IMG/VR virus record: IMGVR_UViG_3300047550_001246
Location: 1-56,160 of that record
Reading direction: 5' to 3' (one strand)
DNA from: a virus
Lineage: Duplodnaviria; Caudoviricetes
Length of the DNA: 56,160 nt
The notes under the pieces are model-generated. The model was not told the DNA's origin, searched no databases, and worked only from the letters and a program-made list of their open reading frames with translations. Made by a program: the position numbers and the translations under genes. This document shows positions 27,500 to 36,458 of the stretch, piece by piece (position 1 is the stretch's first letter; each line of letters opens with the position of its first letter).

Positions 27500-28167
27500 A
27501 TTGTTGATGCCACCGCCATCCATTCACGACCGTAGTCCACATCGCACCAGTCCTTAAACCAAGGACCTCCGCGTGTGAAATGCACGGCGATGGGATCTGG
27601 CTCGTCCTTGCGGGTGTACCACCCTTCCAGATAGTTGTATGCGATCGGAAGCTCACCGATCACATCGTCCGTTAACCACTCAAACCTATGAAGATACATC
27701 CCCGTCGCGACGTTGACCACCTCTGGCGTAAGTTTCTTAACTTGTTCATGCTCACAGTTGATGAACATGAAACTCGACCAGTTCTTACGGGGATATTGAT
27801 GCTGCGCGCGATGATCCATTTTAGTCGTTTCGGTAGGCCGGTAGTCGTGCTTTACAAGCATGCACGCCTTTGCCCGGTCGGCGTAGCCAAGCAGTCCCGC
27901 GATGTCCCGCCGGAAAAGAAAATCGCAGTCGCAAAACACGGCCCAGCCGGTATACCCCGCGAGGTATGGAGTCAGAAACCGCGTGAAGCTGAACTCCGTA
28001 GACGAGAGCGGGTCGATGCCACGCCAATAAATACCCTGCTCACGCAGATCGCTTTGCTTTATCGGAACGATGTCGAGCGGGATTGAACTCGTCAACTCGA
28101 GCGATCGCTTGCATACTTGGTACGCCACATCTTCGCGACTGTCGTAGCCGATAAATACTTTAAGCAT
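27496..28167 (-). CDS. GT-A glycosyltransferase (GT8-related)
   Basis: VFIGYD.RE, STEFSFTRF, DCD (DxD), YPRKNWSS and HFTRGGPW motifs; start MLKVF at 28167. Confidence 0.85.
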   Translation of the reverse strand: MLKVFIGYDSREDVAYQVCKRSLELTSSIPLDIVPIKQSDLREQGIYWRGIDPLSSTEFSFTRFLTPYLAGYTGWAVFCDCDFLFRRDIAGLLGYADRAKACMLVKHDYRPTETTKMDHRAQHQYPRKNWSSFMFINCEHEQVKKLTPEVVNVATGMYLHRFEWLTDDVIGELPIAYNYLEGWYTRKDEPDPIAVHFTRGGPWFKDWCDVDYGREWMAVASTI

Positions 28168-28831
28168 TGAGGAAAGCCTCTTTGCGGGCTGGACCCTTGT
28201 AGTGGAGTATTCGGGGAACATCTCCGTCAACAACACGGTCTGGGAGACAGGCATATTCTTTCTCCTCCATCTCGCCCACTAGTTCGGGGTAGAGCATGTG
28301 CGAGTACACCTTGAGGGCTTCTTGATCGCCATACCATTTGCGAAGCGGCTCTTCCATGAACCCCATTAGAATCGCCATCCCCTTCCACGCATGGTAGTTC
28401 TTCGTAATCGTCATGCACCCAAGGTACGGGTACAACGTACCCAGCGGAATGCCGTGGTACTTCTTGAAGATCCCGTCCCGTTGCAGTCCGTTGAATCCAG
28501 CGTCGCGATCGAACGATCGACGGCAGAACACGACCTCTCGCTCGCCCAGAATCGCAGCCGGATCTACGGGTAAAACAAACAGCATGTCCGTGTCAATGTA
28601 GGCAGAGGGCTGCGTGATCCGCGCTTGCGCGAATGCTTTCGTTCGCCAGTACATCAACTCTTCGTAGTTACCCTGCGAGTACTTGTACTGATCCACGCCA
28701 GGTATTTCGGGTGTCGCATCATCCGTGCACATGGTGACATGCGCGTCGGGCATCACCGCTTTGAGCGATGCCACCATCTTCGTCGGGAACGATACGTCAG
28801 CCCCAACGTGAAAGAATACAAATCGACTCAC
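28160..28831 (-). CDS. GT-A glycosyltransferase-like protein
   Basis: YIDTDM (DxD), WYGDQEAL and ILHYKG..K motifs. Confidence 0.75.
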   Translation of the reverse strand: MSRFVFFHVGADVSFPTKMVASLKAVMPDAHVTMCTDDATPEIPGVDQYKYSQGNYEELMYWRTKAFAQARITQPSAYIDTDMLFVLPVDPAAILGEREVVFCRRSFDRDAGFNGLQRDGIFKKYHGIPLGTLYPYLGCMTITKNYHAWKGMAILMGFMEEPLRKWYGDQEALKVYSHMLYPELVGEMEEKEYACLPDRVVDGDVPRILHYKGPARKEAFLNA

Positions 28832-29013
28832 TCTTCCGTCCTCACTTGAATCATGGCGTCGGCAACCTTGTACGCATCGCGTGCAAGTTGCCAGACGTTC
28901 GGGTGCGATCCCTCTACGCTGCCGGAAAGCATGCCCTGCATGGCTGCGGTTGCGAAGTAATCACGCAACTCCATGCCGTATGCTGCCCTGTCTTCTTCTC
29001 TCTTAGCCATCAT
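28828..29013 (-). CDS. Conserved small phage protein
   Basis: GM.LRDYFA..AMQG...AY..ADAM motif. Confidence 0.75.
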   Translation of the reverse strand: MMAKREEDRAAYGMELRDYFATAAMQGMLSGSVEGSHPNVWQLARDAYKVADAMIQVRTEE

Positions 29014-29339
29014 TCCTCCAGAGGATCTTTAAGCATGACCGTCGTTGCCGTTGCAGGTGCGACGGAATATTTGTTAAGCACATCGACGCATCTGTTAATC
29101 GTCTGTTCGCGGATCAGCACCGCTAGTTTGCAGATGATCTGCGCGTTGTTCTTTTTTGCGATCGGTCCGGCGGCATCAAACTCACGCGCCGTCTTCTCAA
29201 CAAACGCCCAATCAAAGTAGTCCAGCTTTCCCTCTGGACCGATCTTGCACCACGTTTCTTCACCTGTCTTGGTCGTAGTCGGATTCTCAAGGTAATCAAA
29301 CTCTTTTTCCTGCTTTGATTCCTCATTCGTGTCGCTCAT
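29010..29339 (-). CDS. Hypothetical protein
   Basis: Coupled ORF. Confidence 0.6.
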   Translation of the reverse strand: MSDTNEESKQEKEFDYLENPTTTKTGEETWCKIGPEGKLDYFDWAFVEKTAREFDAAGPIAKKNNAQIICKLAVLIREQTINRCVDVLNKYSVAPATATTVMLKDPLEE

Positions 29340-30112
29340 AACTTCACCATCACTCCTTGTCCGGTTGGTAACTCTAAAATCTTCTCTGGCTTGTCTTGCA
29401 AAAACTTCTGGTGCGAAAGCCCAGACTCTTGATATCGAGCAAACCCATAGTCATCGAACACCATGATCGCACCCTTCGACATGCGCTCGTACACCTCTGG
29501 CATGACATGCGCTTCGGCTTCGTGTCCGTTCAAGTCTAGGTGCGCGAAACAAATTTCATCGGGTAACTTGTGCGGAATGGTTTCAAATACGCTGCCCTCG
29601 CAGATCACGGGGCAGTACTTACGCATGCGTCGCTCGACTTTTTTCGCAAGGTCGGGTCCGTGCAGGTTCTTCTTGTGATCACCATCCGGGGCATCGAAGT
29701 AATCGTACAAGTACAGGTTCTTCCCCCAGATCAGCGGCTCGTTGTAGTTGCAGAAGACCGCCGTGCTCTTCGCCTCGTAGCATCCAATGTCAACGATGTC
29801 GCCATCGATGTGCGCTGCCTGTGAGAGTGCCCAGCACAAGTTATGTATGCGCCAGGATCGAGCGCGCAGTAGGACATCCTCCTCGAACTCACGCATCGCT
29901 TCGACGAACTTCGGATCGCGCATCCAGAATAGGCTGCGGAACCAGATGAAGATGTCATCGTGGATCGTGAACGGAATGTCGCCTTTGTGCATGAGCTCTG
30001 CCATCTTCGAGATGGCAGCGATGAATTCAGATCGATCGCTTTCGGTCTGAAACATCTGCGCGTAGTCTTTGTTCGCAAACATCAGCACAGGTTGAACGTA
30101 GGAGTTCGTCAC
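29336..30112 (-). CDS. TylF/MycF/NovP-like O-methyltransferase
   Basis: GDIVDIGC, YLYD.F, G...ETIP, FAHLDL and GAIMVFDDYG motifs. Confidence 0.85.
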   Translation of the reverse strand: MTNSYVQPVLMFANKDYAQMFQTESDRSEFIAAISKMAELMHKGDIPFTIHDDIFIWFRSLFWMRDPKFVEAMREFEEDVLLRARSWRIHNLCWALSQAAHIDGDIVDIGCYEAKSTAVFCNYNEPLIWGKNLYLYDYFDAPDGDHKKNLHGPDLAKKVERRMRKYCPVICEGSVFETIPHKLPDEICFAHLDLNGHEAEAHVMPEVYERMSKGAIMVFDDYGFARYQESGLSHQKFLQDKPEKILELPTGQGVMVKL

Positions 30113-30321
30113 AATTTAACTCCGTAATACCGACCTACTAATTTGAATGCCTCGATATGCTTTTTGAGTTCAGCCAAGTCCTCGTCTTTCTTGAGACTAA
30201 AAATGGCGATGCCTTTGCCAGCCTTTCGCGCTTTGTAGTCCGCCTCCAAGAGTTCCAACGTGCGCTTCAATTCCGCAGCAGCGATCTCTTCCAGAAGATC
30301 AGAACTAATTTCAATTTTCAC
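30109..30321 (-). CDS. Hypothetical protein
   Basis: Likely GTG start (VKIEIS) overlapping the methyltransferase stop. Confidence 0.5.
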   Translation of the reverse strand: MKIEISSDLLEEIAAAELKRTLELLEADYKARKAGKGIAIFSLKKDEDLAELKKHIEAFKLVGRYYGVKL

Positions 30322-30896
30322 TCCAATGCTCCCCATTGATCTGCCATTGCGGCTGCGATCCCTGCGTAAGTTTCGCTCCGCTTCTTCCATCGGTCGGGTG
30401 ACGGGGCCATCTTGTGAATGCGCGCCTCACGGCCCTCAACAATCTGCGTCGGCTTCAAGAGCGGCAGGTTCTTCAACCAGAGGCACGTTGCTTTTGTCTC
30501 GCCATGCCCAAACTGCCACGGCTGAATGATCTGGTCGGGCTTTCGGATGCGCGATGAAATGATACTGACGGGATTCTCCAGAGCGATGCGCGGGATCGAG
30601 CTATCAAGCAGGAACCGCACGAACTCGAGGGCTTCGGCTTGCTCTGCTTGCTTTTCCTTGAACCACCTCGCCCCGCTCACGGCAAGGTGGGTGCAGGGCG
30701 GGTGTGCAATCATCAAGTCCCAGAGCGGGATCGCCCACGGTTTGTCCCGTCCAAGCACGTTTCGCACATCTTCTTGGTAGTGGTGCTCGCTGCCATCATC
30801 GGCGGGGAGTAGATCGCATGACCACGCATCATGCCCGCGCTCACGAAATGCCCTACGCACCACGCCAGAGTACTCGCATGCAACTAAAACGCGCAT
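30318..30896 (-). CDS. Short C5 cytosine DNA methyltransferase-like protein
   Basis: VLVACEYSG (motif I variant), SCD, IAHPPCT (catalytic PC), ENP and C-terminal RS.T..GIA.AMA.QW. Confidence 0.8.
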   Translation of the reverse strand: MRVLVACEYSGVVRRAFRERGHDAWSCDLLPADDGSEHHYQEDVRNVLGRDKPWAIPLWDLMIAHPPCTHLAVSGARWFKEKQAEQAEALEFVRFLLDSSIPRIALENPVSIISSRIRKPDQIIQPWQFGHGETKATCLWLKNLPLLKPTQIVEGREARIHKMAPSPDRWKKRSETYAGIAAAMADQWGALE

Positions 30897-31556
30897 CAGA
30901 TAAACGCGCCCACGAACACGCCCGTTACGAACGCAACGATGCAGAGCAGAATCTCCGCAATCATCGTGGCGGATCGCTGCCTGTTGTACTCTTGATCGAG
31001 GTATTCGATCTGATCACGCAGTTGTCTAATCTCTGCGCGCAATCGGTCTTGCGAATACTCCATCACCAGTAATCCCCATACTTGCAGTCGGTCTGCTTGC
31101 CACGCGAGCATCGGTAGTTGGGCGGCGGAACCCATGCCCAATCAAGGTGCGCGTTGTACTTCCACAGTTTGATCAATCTTTTTAACCAGTTCATCGGGGT
31201 CAGTCCTCGCGAGTTCGATTTCGAGTAAGCGTATCTCTCTCTGCTTTTCGCAGATTCGCTGCCATATAAGTTCGACTTTCTTGAGGGGGCGATCGCCACC
31301 TCCCAACCGTCCATCTTCCGGTACGTCTGCCTTCTTCGACTGCATCTTTTAATTCCTCAATCAATCGTCGCGCATGCAAGAGGCGCATTCGTTCGCGCTT
31401 GCGCTCCATCCACTTTATGATTTCATCAGGATGCGCCTTCCTGTGGGTACGCATCTTCATAAAGTTGCACTTGCCCTTGTGCTCCGTGTGACAGGTCGGA
31501 CAGATGGAGACTTTCTTCCTTGATAGTCCCCACCGCTCCCGAAAATCATGCGTCAT
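30896..31556 (-). CDS. Cluster of small hypothetical ORFs (30896-31063 coiled coil + TM; 31063-31194; 31142-31345; 31200-31556 CPTCH)
   Basis: Short coupled ORFs; the correct frames and starts are ambiguous. Confidence 0.4.
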
Positions 31557-31906
31557 TCGTAAGACAACTCCCATTGACGCGCGAGTTCGTCCTCGTGCGC
31601 GTTCATGTCACGCACATACTGAATGGCATCTTCAACGTGAATCAGCGCGTCAATCGACTTGCCACCCACGTTCCAGTATTGAACTTGATCGAGCGGAATG
31701 TCCGCGCATTTCCAGTCGTACACCGTCGCCACAACATCGCGCTCCGGTCCATCAAACAAGATGACCCATTCCGCGCGCGTCTTGCCGTCCGCTGATGCCT
31801 GTAGCGGATTCCCAAACGCCTGTCGCAGCTCGTCGTACGATGCCTTCAGCACCCCAACGAAACATGTCCCATTCGCTACGCGAAAGTTATCCATCACTTG
31901 ATACAT
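31553..31906 (-). CDS. Hypothetical early protein
   Basis: Start MYQVMD after AGGAGAGAGCAC; FG.P...DGKT..EW and TVYDWK motifs. Confidence 0.7.
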   Translation of the reverse strand: MYQVMDNFRVANGTCFVGVLKASYDELRQAFGNPLQASADGKTRAEWVILFDGPERDVVATVYDWKCADIPLDQVQYWNVGGKSIDALIHVEDAIQYVRDMNAHEDELARQWELSYE

Positions 31907-31940
31907 GTGCTCTCTCCTATGTAAGTGAGCAGACCCATTC

Positions 31941-31968
31941 ATCATACCCAATCGGCTTGTACACTCAA
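31941..31968 (-). promoter_or_regulatory. Putative early promoter
   Basis: TTGAGT-16-TATGAT on the minus strand; the spacer CCCAATCGGCTTG resembles CCCAACCCGGTTG at 35316. Confidence 0.5.
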
Positions 31969-32015
31969 CACAATTTTGTTGCGCTGCCTTGGTTGTCCAC
32001 CCTGCGGTCAGCGCG

Positions 32016-32642
32016 TTACTGCGCCGTCAACATCAGTATCGACTGCGGAACCATGAGCGCGGTCTTTCCGTTCGGTCTTGGGTAAACCAGGAAGTGCGTG
32101 TTCCCCATCGCAGCCATCAAGAGGGATGCGTTCGCGACCCCCTTCTCAACGCCTTCGAAGTCATCCAGGACGATCAGCGGAGCGGTGCTCAAGCGCATCA
32201 TCAACTCGACGTCGGGCTGCGTAATCCGCCCGTCGATGTAGAACAGATCGACCTTGACCTTTTGATTCGCCAGCTCTTGAAACATCGCGGTCGATGTGGT
32301 CTTCGGGAATTGCTTGATCTCAACCCCGTATGTATTCCCAATGTCGATGTCGTTCGATGCATCGCAGGTGTATATCTTCCCCTTCCGCATGCCCGTCGCT
32401 AATGCTCTGGTAGAGCGTCCGATGTACGTCCCCACCTCCGCAATGACAGAGGGTGCAAAGTACTCCGCAATCGTTCGTAGTTCCGCAGCATCCTGCGGGC
32501 TGATCGATCCGGTCTGGTAGTCGGCTTGCTTGAGGAGCGGACCCTCATCCATCACGTTGTAATGTTCGCGCAGCCCGTTCGGAGCAATCGCCTCCCACAC
32601 CGCGCGCGAGAACACCATCCGGTTAATCTTGAGCGGGTTCAT
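32016..32642 (-). CDS. Class I SAM-dependent methyltransferase (Methyltransf_24-like)
   Basis: IAEVGTYIGRST, IYTCD, DLFYIDG and IVLDD motifs. Confidence 0.82.
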   Translation of the reverse strand: MNPLKINRMVFSRAVWEAIAPNGLREHYNVMDEGPLLKQADYQTGSISPQDAAELRTIAEYFAPSVIAEVGTYIGRSTRALATGMRKGKIYTCDASNDIDIGNTYGVEIKQFPKTTSTAMFQELANQKVKVDLFYIDGRITQPDVELMMRLSTAPLIVLDDFEGVEKGVANASLLMAAMGNTHFLVYPRPNGKTALMVPQSILMLTAQ

Positions 32643-32809
32643 GCGACCTCCCGCACGTTGATGGTTTCCTCGTCGTACCTCTCGCGCTCGTCGGTGCAGG
32701 TGACATCAAAGTCACCGTGCGCTTCGACGATAGCCTCCTGCTCGTCTTGTGCCTCGACTCTGATGGTCTTGATGACCGTGGCACGAATCGTAATGTCGTA
32801 GGTTTTCAT
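32639..32809 (-). CDS. Small acidic protein (56 aa)
   Basis: Not in the ORF track. MKTYDITIRATVIKTIRVEAQDEQEAI...EVA; GGAGG RBS and ATGA coupling. Confidence 0.7.
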   Translation of the reverse strand: MKTYDITIRATVIKTIRVEAQDEQEAIVEAHGDFDVTCTDERERYDEETINVREVA

Positions 32810-32982
32810 GCGATTGCGACCTCCACTTCCTTGACTTTGGCTAGGGCTGCACGTTGGTTGCTTGCATCGAGTCCTGCGGCTTCAAGGATTTCGGCGGCTT
32901 CCCACAAGGATTCCTCCAACTTACAGATGCAAACCTGCAACTCCAATACATACCCTCGCTTTATCACGATCATGTCGTTCAT
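32806..32982 (-). CDS. Small hypothetical protein (58 aa)
   Basis: Not in the ORF track. MNDMIVIKRGY...; ATGA coupled at both ends. Confidence 0.6.
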   Translation of the reverse strand: MNDMIVIKRGYVLELQVCICKLEESLWEAAEILEAAGLDASNQRAALAKVKEVEVAIA

Positions 32983-33125
32983 GCTGCCTCCTGCTCTTTG
33001 AAATCAAACGGCGTTACGTCTTTGTCACGTACGCAGTCTGCTAGGTACTCCAATAATTTGTAGTACGCATCTTCGTCATCTTCGGCTTCAATTAAAAAAT
33101 CGCAATTCACGTTGTAGGTTTTCAT
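32979..33125 (-). CDS. Small acidic protein (48 aa)
   Basis: Not in the ORF track. MKTYNVNCDFLIEAEDDEDAY...; resembles 32639-32809. Confidence 0.6.
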   Translation of the reverse strand: MKTYNVNCDFLIEAEDDEDAYYKLLEYLADCVRDKDVTPFDFKEQEAA

Positions 33126-33592
33126 GCAACCTCCCGAAAAATCCGCACGGCCTCGTCAATCGGCAGCGCATTGAGCACCGTCCGTCCCTCGCGCAGCCTG
33201 TGAGCGATGTAGTCCGCTCGCGTGTCCGCGCTCTTGATCGCGGTCGTCTGCCAGAGTTTGCCGTCCTTCAAGTACACCACCTTGTTACGCATGATCCGCT
33301 GCAATTGCTTGCGCGAGAGATGCTCGCTTAAGATTTCCTGCACCAGCGACTCTGCGCTCTGCGAGAACTCGTGCGTCTTGCCGTCCCACTCGTAGGTGCT
33401 AGGCGGCAGGGTCTTCGCGTAAGCATTCAGTTCATCCTCTGCTGAGTGATCGGAGAATCGATCCGCACCACCGTAGCCCTCGTTGCTCACCGTCCCACGC
33501 GCTTTGCCGTTGATGTAGAGCGAAGCCTCGAAACATTGTGTCTCTTGAGACGCGAATGCGGCATGCTTGATGTTCTTCAGTTCAATCTTCAT
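33122..33592 (-). CDS. Conserved hypothetical early protein
   Basis: MKIELKNIK..FASQET.CFEA.LY..G....V.N.G.GG motif. Confidence 0.75.
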   Translation of the reverse strand: MKIELKNIKHAAFASQETQCFEASLYINGKARGTVSNEGYGGADRFSDHSAEDELNAYAKTLPPSTYEWDGKTHEFSQSAESLVQEILSEHLSRKQLQRIMRNKVVYLKDGKLWQTTAIKSADTRADYIAHRLREGRTVLNALPIDEAVRIFREVA

Positions 33593-33792
33593 GTGTCTTG
33601 CTCCTCGTCTTCGGTTTCTTCAGTTTTCTCAATGTGCATGCTTCCGCATGCTGGACAGATATCGTCCTCGAACAGGGTGACCCATCGCCTCCCAATTCCG
33701 TAATCGATCATCTCGCGCTCGACAACACGCTCTGGTTCATCGAACTCGTGCGCGCAGGATTTGCATCGATAGTCGTACGTCAGATCACGCAT
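33589..33792 (-). CDS. Zinc-ribbon protein (FmdB-like)
   Basis: YDYRCKSCAHEF...CPACGS. Confidence 0.7.
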   Translation of the reverse strand: MRDLTYDYRCKSCAHEFDEPERVVEREMIDYGIGRRWVTLFEDDICPACGSMHIEKTEETEDEEQDT

Positions 33793-33973
33793 ACTGGCTC
33801 TCCTCTGTGAGGTTGTGCGTTGCCCAGCTTACGAATCGCCCCATCGATTCCCCGTATTCCATGCCATGCAAACTCGCGGCCTGTTTAAATGCGGATACCG
33901 GCTCCAGATCGGGGCTGCGATCCATCATCGTCAGCGCGTCTTCGTAAATCACAAAATAAAGTTGCTCGTTCAT
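33785..33973 (-). CDS. Hypothetical protein
   Basis: Coupled ORF. Confidence 0.55.
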   Translation of the reverse strand: MNEQLYFVIYEDALTMMDRSPDLEPVSAFKQAASLHGMEYGESMGRFVSWATHNLTEESQYA

Positions 33974-34158
33974 AGCATCACCTTCTGCGCGCGCTTGCGC
34001 GCGTTGTTTTTCGCTGCCCGAATGTCATCCGCATGCATGCCCTCCGCGAGTTCCATCGCGAGATTTATCGCGCGTTCGGACTGCTCTTCAGTCGGTGCGG
34101 TGATCGCGAGAAAGAGCGCAAGGGTGAGTGCCTCGCGCGGGGTTTGGGGTGCTCTCAT
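33970..34158 (-). CDS. Hypothetical protein
   Basis: EAL.LAL.LAITAP motif; coupled ORF. Confidence 0.6.
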   Translation of the reverse strand: MRAPQTPREALTLALFLAITAPTEEQSERAINLAMELAEGMHADDIRAAKNNARKRAQKVML

Positions 34159-34451
34159 GTTACGTCTCCCGTGGCCTTTGCGATGGCGGCTTCGGCTAAC
34201 TCTCGAACCGCTGACACAACGTCTAACAATTCATCTCGCGGCAGTCCTGCGATGTCGTGCGTTACCTCATGCAAAATATCCGACAGGGCTTCGAGCATCT
34301 GCGGTGCGCTCGAAATGAGTCGAGCGTCTGCTTTGCGAGGAGCGTAAATACTCGCAACGGGTACACCGCTTTCACCGACAATCCTGTACGGTCGATCCGC
34401 CCGGTCGGATTCAATCAGCATCCATGGACCTTGTGTGTGTGATGCGCTCAT
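34155..34451 (-). CDS. HTPGPW-family early phage protein, copy 2
   Basis: HTQGPW...ADARLISSAPQMLEAL...AAIAKA. Confidence 0.75.
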   Translation of the reverse strand: MSASHTQGPWMLIESDRADRPYRIVGESGVPVASIYAPRKADARLISSAPQMLEALSDILHEVTHDIAGLPRDELLDVVSAVRELAEAAIAKATGDVT

Positions 34452-34732
34452 GTCGCATCTCCCGCTGCCTTTGCGATGGCTGCGCGAGCGATGTTGTCGT
34501 ATGTCTGCCATGCGACAGGCATCGCGTCGAAGTGCCTCTGGTAAGCATCGACAATGTCTTGCAACGCAGCCAGTAGGTCGGGTGCGGAACTAATGAGACG
34601 GGCATTCGCTGCCGTCTCTGCGTCATTGTGATCGTCTTCGACAGATGCAACGAAAGGTTTTATGAAATCACCGTTGCCGTAGATGCAGCGACCGTTTGTA
34701 ATGACCCAAGGTGCGGGTGTGTGCTTGCTCAT
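34448..34732 (-). CDS. HTPGPW-family early phage protein, copy 1
   Basis: HTPAPW...ANARLISSAPDLLAAL...ARAAIAKA. Confidence 0.75.
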   Translation of the reverse strand: MSKHTPAPWVITNGRCIYGNGDFIKPFVASVEDDHNDAETAANARLISSAPDLLAALQDIVDAYQRHFDAMPVAWQTYDNIARAAIAKAAGDAT

Positions 34733-34884
34733 CGCACGATGCTCCCTACGAGTGCTCCGATGGCGGCTGATCCCGCCATGAGCGTGAACAAATAAAACCA
34801 GTAGCCAGCGGGCATCAAAATCATCAGCGACGTTGCGATCAGCGACATGCCCACAATCGCGATCAGAAATTCCCAAGCGTTCAT
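34729..34884 (-). CDS. Small two-TM membrane protein (51 aa)
   Basis: Not in the ORF track. MNAWEFLIAIVGMSLIATSLMILMPAGYWFYLFTLMAGSAAIGALVGSIVR; ATGA coupled. Confidence 0.65.
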   Translation of the reverse strand: MNAWEFLIAIVGMSLIATSLMILMPAGYWFYLFTLMAGSAAIGALVGSIVR

Positions 34885-35261
34885 GCGACCTCCGACAGGG
34901 TGAGGTTGTAGATGGAATTGACGTACTTGACCGTGCGCGCGTAGGCATCGGGGGTGCGGTACTCGCGCGGCATCTCATCGATGAATGCGAGAATCGGGAG
35001 CAGGGCCTCGCAATCCTCTTCCCACCACGCGGGTTTCGGGCAGTAACGCTCGTTCGCGACGGCCTGTAACGCCCACGGGGATTGCTCTCGCAATTGCGCT
35101 TGACGGGCAGGGGATAACCAGATGCCACCGTGACGAAAGGTGTAGACCCGCACGATTCCCTCCGCGAGGTGCTCGATTTGATCGATGGTGTCCCATGGTG
35201 AGGGCTGACCCACGCGCGGGGTGTGGGTGTAGGTCGGGACTGTTTCTCGAATGTGGTTCAT
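34881..35261 (-). CDS. DUF7007-like early protein
   Basis: SPW..I.....AEGI..V.T..HGGIWLS..R and WWEEDCE motifs. Confidence 0.7.
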   Translation of the reverse strand: MNHIRETVPTYTHTPRVGQPSPWDTIDQIEHLAEGIVRVYTFRHGGIWLSPARQAQLREQSPWALQAVANERYCPKPAWWEEDCEALLPILAFIDEMPREYRTPDAYARTVKYVNSIYNLTLSEVA

Positions 35262-35380
35262 GTGCTAGTTCCTCGTTTGGTTAGGTTCAAATTCACTCGA
35301 CGGGTACATGATAAGCCCAACCCGGTTGAGCATTGCAAGGGGTTCGATTGCAAAGTTTTGTTAAGATTTTGTAATGTGAT

Positions 35381-35790
35381 TGTGCATAACCTGTGGATAA
35401 GTGAGGGGGCGGGGGAATTAATGCATACCCAGCTTGTCCGCCAGGTGGTCGTGAAAACGACCGCCAGGTGGTCATTTCCGTAGCCGGGTAATTAATGCAT
35501 AACTTAATGCTTAATTAATGCATGACCCGAAAGTGTCGATTTTCCTTTGTAAATCAGTCACTTGGGAATTAATGCATTTAATTCTATTTTTACTTAAGAG
35601 AAACGGAGGGAGAGGGGGTGAGAGGGTGTGTCAAGAAAACAACACACCGTTGCAGGAAAACAACACAAGTATAGATAGATATATAATAATAATAATAAAT
35701 AATAATATATATAATACCCTATCTTTCGTAGAATCAATGACTTACGCGCGATTGTTTAATGCTTACCTTAAAAGCAAAAATATGCATTAA
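35381..35790. promoter_or_regulatory. Origin-like region: two DnaA boxes, iterated AATTAATGCAT, AT-rich tract
   Basis: TGTGCATAA (35381) and TGTGGATAA (35392) match TTATNCACA; AATTAATGCAT x4; CCGCCAGGTGGTC x2; pure A/T run at about 35679-35716. Confidence 0.6.
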
Positions 35791-35868
35791 GTTTTTGGCG
35801 GGTTGCGTGAGCGCAAGCGGGTGATATAAATTGCAGAGGATGCGCGCTAACTTGGAGGCTGCGTAATT

Positions 35869-36408
35869 GTGAACGATAAGACGTTACAGGCGGATAAGGG
35901 CGTTACCCTTGGGGAGGGTAGCGGGGTGAAGTCGAGCGGCTATAATGGCTCGACCGCGCGTTCTGGGGGTGTTGTAGTGCAGCAGAGCACTAGAGCCGTA
36001 TCCCCAATAAACGATAACCGAAAGCATCCCGATGCGAATCTAGCGGCGACCATTGCGACCATGTCGTTTTCGGGATTCACCATGTCGCAAGTGTGCAGCG
36101 CGCTCCGATTGTCGGAGGAAACCGTTCGCAAGCATTACGACTATGAGTTCAAAAACGGTCAATCGAATATGGTGAACGACATCGCGCAATCTCTCGCGCA
36201 ACGCGCTAAAGCTGGGTCCGATACCGCTGCAATTTTCCTATTGAAAACGCGCGGATCGGGAAAGTTTACGGAGCGCAACGGTATCGAATTGACCGGGAAG
36301 GATGGCGGACCGATTGAGGTGCAGCAGCGCACAGAGATTCTCTCGAACGTGAACGGGCTGCTACGGAAAGGGGTTACGATTGACGGAGAGGTTGAACCGC
36401 TCGACTAA
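35869..36408 (+). CDS. terS: Terminase small subunit
   Basis: HTH (..LSEETVRKHY..E), L...A..G...AAIFLLKTR and IELTGKDGGPI motifs. Confidence 0.8.
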   Translation: MNDKTLQADKGVTLGEGSGVKSSGYNGSTARSGGVVVQQSTRAVSPINDNRKHPDANLAATIATMSFSGFTMSQVCSALRLSEETVRKHYDYEFKNGQSNMVNDIAQSLAQRAKAGSDTAAIFLLKTRGSGKFTERNGIELTGKDGGPIEVQQRTEILSNVNGLLRKGVTIDGEVEPLD

Positions 36409-36434
36409 AAAAAGGGGCGGGAATGACCCGCCCC
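36407..36434 (-). terminator. Intrinsic terminator of the GP88-like cassette
   Basis: GGGGCGGG-TCATT-CCCGCCCC followed by T7 on the minus strand. Confidence 0.8.
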
Positions 36435-36458
36435 AAACTAGCACCTAGCGAATAGTTT

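Noticed and set aside
35416-35577. Repeated AATTAATGCAT / CCGCCAGGTGGTC as a CRISPR array
   Set aside because: The repeats are only 11-13 nt with irregular spacing and no cas genes; they fit iterons or operators better.
35518-35790. 90-aa ORF in the AT-rich region
   Set aside because: It translates the repeats and the A/T run (IIIIINNN) and has no RBS; treated as non-coding.
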